A stretch of 64,000 nt of DNA from Candidatus Latescibacterota bacterium (GTDB taxonomy: Bacteria > Latescibacterota > UBA2968 > GCA-2709665). The stretch covers positions 4,768,001 through 4,832,000 of the forward strand of contig OZ244744.1 of the NCBI GenBank assembly GCA_965219455.1, read 5' to 3'. Made by a program: the position numbers and the translations under genes. Below are positions 60,103 through 64,000 of this stretch, piece by piece. Each line of letters starts with the position of its first letter. The stretch's first letter is position 1. Under the pieces are notes generated by a model. That model was not told where the DNA came from. It saw only the letters and a program-made list of their open reading frames with translations, and ran no database searches.

Positions 60103-62272
60103 CTAGAGCCGTCTGGCAGATAGACCGGAATCGGTCTTCGTCGACATCTTGCAAAAGCCTGTCTTCAAAGTCTTCCTCGCCGAGCTTGCCGGCGTAGAAA
60201 TCGCGCAGCACACGCTCAACCCGCGTGGACGGTAAAACTTCGCCTACCACGTTGAATACGGCGTCGTCATCCAGCGCTTCACGGATCTGCTGGAGCTTCT
60301 CCAACAACCGCTGCAGCACCCGGCCTTCGATGGTGTTGGTTGCGACGAAGTTGAAGATCAGGCAGTCGTGACGCTGCCCGTACCGGTGGATGCGGCCCAT
60401 GCGCTGTTCGAGGCGATTCGGATTCCACGGGATATCGTAATTGAACAGGATATGACAGCACTGCAGGTTGATTCCTTCTCCGGCCGCTTCGGTGGCAACG
60501 AGAACTTGAATGGCGCCCTCGCGGAACTGCTGTTCGGTATGGAGCCGGCTTCCAGATTCCTCGCGGGACCCCGATTTCATACCGCCATGGATGCACCCGA
60601 CGCTGAATCCCCAGTCCTTAAGACGTTGCATCAGATAATCGAGGGTGTCCTTGAACTCGGTAAAGATCAGCAGTCTCTGGTCGCGGCGTTCGAAGAACCC
60701 TTCATCCTGCATGATCTTTCGGAGGGTGTTCAACTTCGCTTCATCGTTTGAGCCTTCGACTGCCTCGGCCTCCACCGCAAGCGCCCTGAGTTCCACGATT
60801 TCCTCTCGGATCTGCTCTTCGTTTCCGGCCAGTGTGATTGCTTCCAGGATTCGTTCCAAGCGCTCGCGCTCGGCGTCCTCCATTTCCTCGAGGTCCTCAG
60901 AATCGGGAAGATTTGGTGGCGCAGTTTGCGCCAAATTTTTCGCTTCCTTAAGGCTTCTTTCCAGGCGCCCAGCCCGATTCTCAAGTGACCTCCGTACGGC
61001 ATACGTGCTCGAAGCCAGGCGGCGCTGGTACAGCGCCATTAAGAATCCCACTGCACGGGCACGAGGATCGTCGCCTTGGGCGGCGGCGCGGGTGCACTGC
61101 CGTTTTACAAACCGGGTGATCGTACGGTAGAGTTCGAACTCCGCGCCGTCAATCGCGAAGTCCGCGGTGCGTGGGATGCGTTTCGTGAACACGGGCCTCG
61201 CAGTCCACGTGCCGTTCTCCTGGCGCTCGGGAAAGTAGACCATCGCTTCCTTGGTGCGGCGGAGGTAAAAGGGAGCGCGCCGCTGCTGCATCGCCTCGCG
61301 GATGGAGCGCACGTCCGCGTATGCGTCGCGGTCTAGAAGCTGCAGGAATAGGGTAAAGTTCTGCGGGTCGCCCTTGTGTGGCGTGGCGGTCAGTAACAGT
61401 ACGTGGTCGGCACTATCCCGAAGCAGTTCGCCCAGCCGATAGCGCTGGCTCTTGTGGGCCTCGTCTCGCGCCGACATGCGGTGCGCTTCGTCGACGATTA
61501 CCAGATCCCAGCGAACCTGCGCCAGCCCCGGTAGTATTTCGGTGCGCTTGGCGAGGTCGAGTGAGGTGATGATCTGGTTTTGCTCCAGCCACTGGTTGAC
61601 GCCGAATTGGTCTCGAATGTCGCCGCCCTTGAGCACAAGGAATTTCTCGTCGAATTTCTCCCTTAACTCGCGCTGCCACTGGAATGCGAGGTTTGCCGGA
61701 CACACCACGAGGACTCGTTCAATAAGTCCCCGGAGTTTGAGTTCCCGGATCAGCAATCCTGCCATGATGGTCTTGCCCGCGCCCGCATCATCGGCTAACA
61801 GGAAGCGTACGCTGGGCAGCTTGAGAAGGTGTTCATAGACGGCTTCGAGTTGGTGCGGCAGGGGGTCTACGCGGGAGATGGACAGTCCAAAATAGGGATC
61901 GAACTCGTAGGCGATGCCGAGTGAGTAGGCCTGCAGACCTATACGCAGCAGGCGACCGTCTCCGTCGTAGGAAAGCGCCGAATCAAGAATGGTCAGATTG
62001 GTAATATCATCGGATGTTAACGTAACCCGGCGGAACCGCTCCGTTCGCTGACCGACCAGCCCGGCGATCCAGACGCCAGCACCGTTAGCGCGAACGGTCT
62101 CCACCTGCATCGGTTCATCGAACAACGAGCCCGTAAGGGTCTGTCCTTCACGAATAGGGGTTTCTGAGTTCAAATCAAGACTCCGTCGCGTTTTACAATA
62201 GTCAAAAGCGTACTCTCAGCGGTCTGGTGTGAGCCGCATTTTTGTTTTCTTTTCCATTCCAAGTGTGTACTT

Positions 62273-62339
62273 GATTACTTCTGGCGCGATTCATCCATTC
62301 GCGAGGGTCGTCGGGCGGAAAACGCTCAGGTTCCTTCAT
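62273..62339 (-). pseudogene. HEPN 5' stub
   Basis: MKEPERFPPDDPREWMNRARSN, then homology ends. Confidence 0.7.
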
Positions 62340-62641
62340 ATACGACCTTGCCTTCCTGCAATGCGCGCTTGATGATCACCGCGTGGCTGTCCTTTATACC
62401 GCTCTACGTCGTCAGGCGTGACGACAACAGCGTCGACGGCTGCGCCGACGCCATCGAGATTCATATATATTTCGCCCATGAGTTCAAGCGCGTCCGCGCC
62501 TTCCTTAATGATTAGCAAGTCTACGTCGCTGTGGCGATTCATTTCGCCCCGGGCGGCGGACCCGAAGAGGATAATCTTCTCCGGCTCGGCCACCTCCACA
62601 ATTCGCTGGATGATGTCGTCCAGGATCGACTGGTCCAGCAT
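62326..62641 (-). pseudogene. MNT copy 4 with a +1 frameshift near the 3' end
   Basis: TATAAAGGAC versus TACAAGGAC in copies 1 and 2 (~62392); the downstream DSH..IK..LQEGKVVYE lies in another frame. Confidence 0.8.
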
Positions 62642-62878
62642 CGTTGCGCCTTTCGTCTCACGTTTATTGCCATCTTCTGCCAGCGGCAAACTACCCGGGG
62701 AATGCCCCAATACACCGTTGTGCCCGGCTCACGTGTGCCCGTTAGAATTCCCTTCAATAACAACCGGTCGGGGTCTGTCACCAAATTGAGTTGGGCCACC
62801 GTTGGCGCTAATTCGCCGAGAATCTGTTTGCGGCAGCTACTCATTCCCCGTCATTTCGCGAGATACAAACCAAAAGCA

Positions 62879-64000
62879 TCAATGATCATCCACACGTTTC
62901 ATACTCCTCGAAAAAATGGTCAGCATCAATTCGGAGTCATCGATGAGTCGATAAATAGGCTTCTGGCCGGAAAGTTTCTCACTCTCGTCAAGAATGATTG
63001 GAACACCCTCACCCCGCTTTTCCATGTAGTAGGTACGCCCCACGTCGCCGACCGCTTCCGCCACTGGCGTTTCCGCAAGCAAATTCGTAATCAATTCGTT
63101 TCGGGTTGCCTGACGCAAGGAGATGCTTTCAATCGTCACGGTGTTTGGCAAAGTGCCTGGTGAGTAGATTTCTAACCGATCTTCGAACATAAAGAACCGT
63201 ATTTTTGAGGCGAAAATCGAATAATCACGGTGAGCCACGGCATTGACAATCGCTTCAAAAACCGCTCTTTCGCTGAATTGTTGTGTTTCTACCCGATGCG
63301 GAATTTTCACGGCTGAGACCGTCTGGTTTTTTCTCAGAAAGGTCATTGCATGATCAATCTGTAGATTCAGAGGTCCGTGGATTTTTTGTGCGTCTATCTG
63401 GTAATTTGAGTCCGGCTTTTTTCCTCGATAGCGCACGGCTTCAATATAGGCATTGGGCAAAAAGTGCTCTGGTTCGCGGCAACAGAACAGAATGCCGGAG
63501 ACCGAAGCCCGCACTTCACCGCTTTCTTCTTTCGACAAGAGACCGCGTTTAAGGAGCACTGCCTCATCGGATTCATCGGATCGTTTTGTATAGTTCGTCC
63601 GAAGTTTTTCCGACAAATCGTCGAGACCCGCATTTGGTACCGGCTGTTCCTCGAATCGAATAAGACGGGCTTGGCTTCGCTGCTGGAACAGCCGCGCCAA
63701 GTAATCGGGCGCCATCTCTCTTTTTGGGCTCCCTTGCCCGAATAAATATCCGCTGGGACTCCTGTGAACAAAGAGGCTCCTCGGAATTTCTACGGTGAAT
63801 ATGGGCTGGAGATCCCCCGTGCTATCGGGAAGCTGCATGCGGAAAGAACGAAAATGGACTGGCGGCCTGATGCTCTCATTGCAAATTTCATAGACAAAGC
63901 GTTCGACAGCATCAAGATGGTCTATCGGAATGCCTATGATGTCCCGCGTCTTGTCGTCCACACCCAGGACAAGTACACCTTCGTTAGTATTGGCGATTGC
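62879..64000 (-). CDS. AlbA_2 (Schlafen-like) + HATPase_c_4 domain protein, 5' end beyond the window
   Basis: AIANTNEGVLVLGVDD at the window edge; EAIVNAVAHRDY, RLEIYSPG, RN..I, MEKRGEG. Confidence 0.85.
   Translation of the reverse strand, partial: AIANTNEGVLVLGVDDKTRDIIGIPIDHLDAVERFVYEICNESIRPPVHFRSFRMQLPDSTGDLQPIFTVEIPRSLFVHRSPSGYLFGQGSPKREMAPDYLARLFQQRSQARLIRFEEQPVPNAGLDDLSEKLRTNYTKRSDESDEAVLLKRGLLSKEESGEVRASVSGILFCCREPEHFLPNAYIEAVRYRGKKPDSNYQIDAQKIHGPLNLQIDHAMTFLRKNQTVSAVKIPHRVETQQFSERAVFEAIVNAVAHRDYSIFASKIRFFMFEDRLEIYSPGTLPNTVTIESISLRQATRNELITNLLAETPVAEAVGDVGRTYYMEKRGEGVPIILDESEKLSGQKPIYRLIDDSELMLTIFSRSMKRVDDH

Larger units (their letters stand above)
56829..62173 (-). pseudogene. SNF2-family helicase with C-terminal DUF3883 nuclease, split by IS1380 (parts 60103..62173 and 56829..58214; ~1150 aa reconstituted)
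   Basis: LADDAGAGKT, DEAH, TATPH, AGEGINLQ, EQRMGRIHR; C-terminal GYDV.S...IEVKG...LTPNE; the junction reads QTALEGLASRK. Confidence 0.92.

Overview
GC-rich bacterial window. Its gene content (cadherin/FN3/LRR surface proteins, a sulfatase, many IS) is reminiscent of host-associated, e.g. sponge-symbiont, genomes; this is inference only. It has three parts. (1) 1-24.0 kb: two copies of a unit made of a minus-strand AAA-ATPase/PD-(D/E)XK gene, a shared AT-rich promoter and two plus-strand secreted modular protein genes. All four surface proteins start with the same module (hydrophobic helix, cohesin-like domain, dockerin-like EF-hand pair, cadherin, FN3, Ig-like, polyproline hinge) but end in different payloads: LRR + M8-like protease, CARDB/Ig, a PEP/pyruvate-binding domain, and LRR. 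One carries an in-frame stop, one a 13-bp-repeat frameshift, and a relic of a fifth copy is present. (2) 24-37.5 kb: metabolic and outer-membrane genes interspersed with two TA-flanked MITEs, REPs, a group II intron, and an IS1380 nested inside an unusual hairpin-ended element without terminal inverted repeats. (3) 37.6-64 kb: a minus-strand defence island built on a SNF2 helicase-DUF3883 / DUF1156 methylase / DUF499 ATPase restriction-like backbone. Its cargo is a membrane protein + TIR pair, a nuclease-STAND (Avs-like) gene, an HsdR_N-like nuclease, an AAA_21 + DUF4276 pair, DUF433/DUF5615 and four MNT genes whose HEPN partners are all broken. Two IS1380 insertions at CTAG split the helicase and TIR genes. 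All domain calls are by motif recognition, without database searches.
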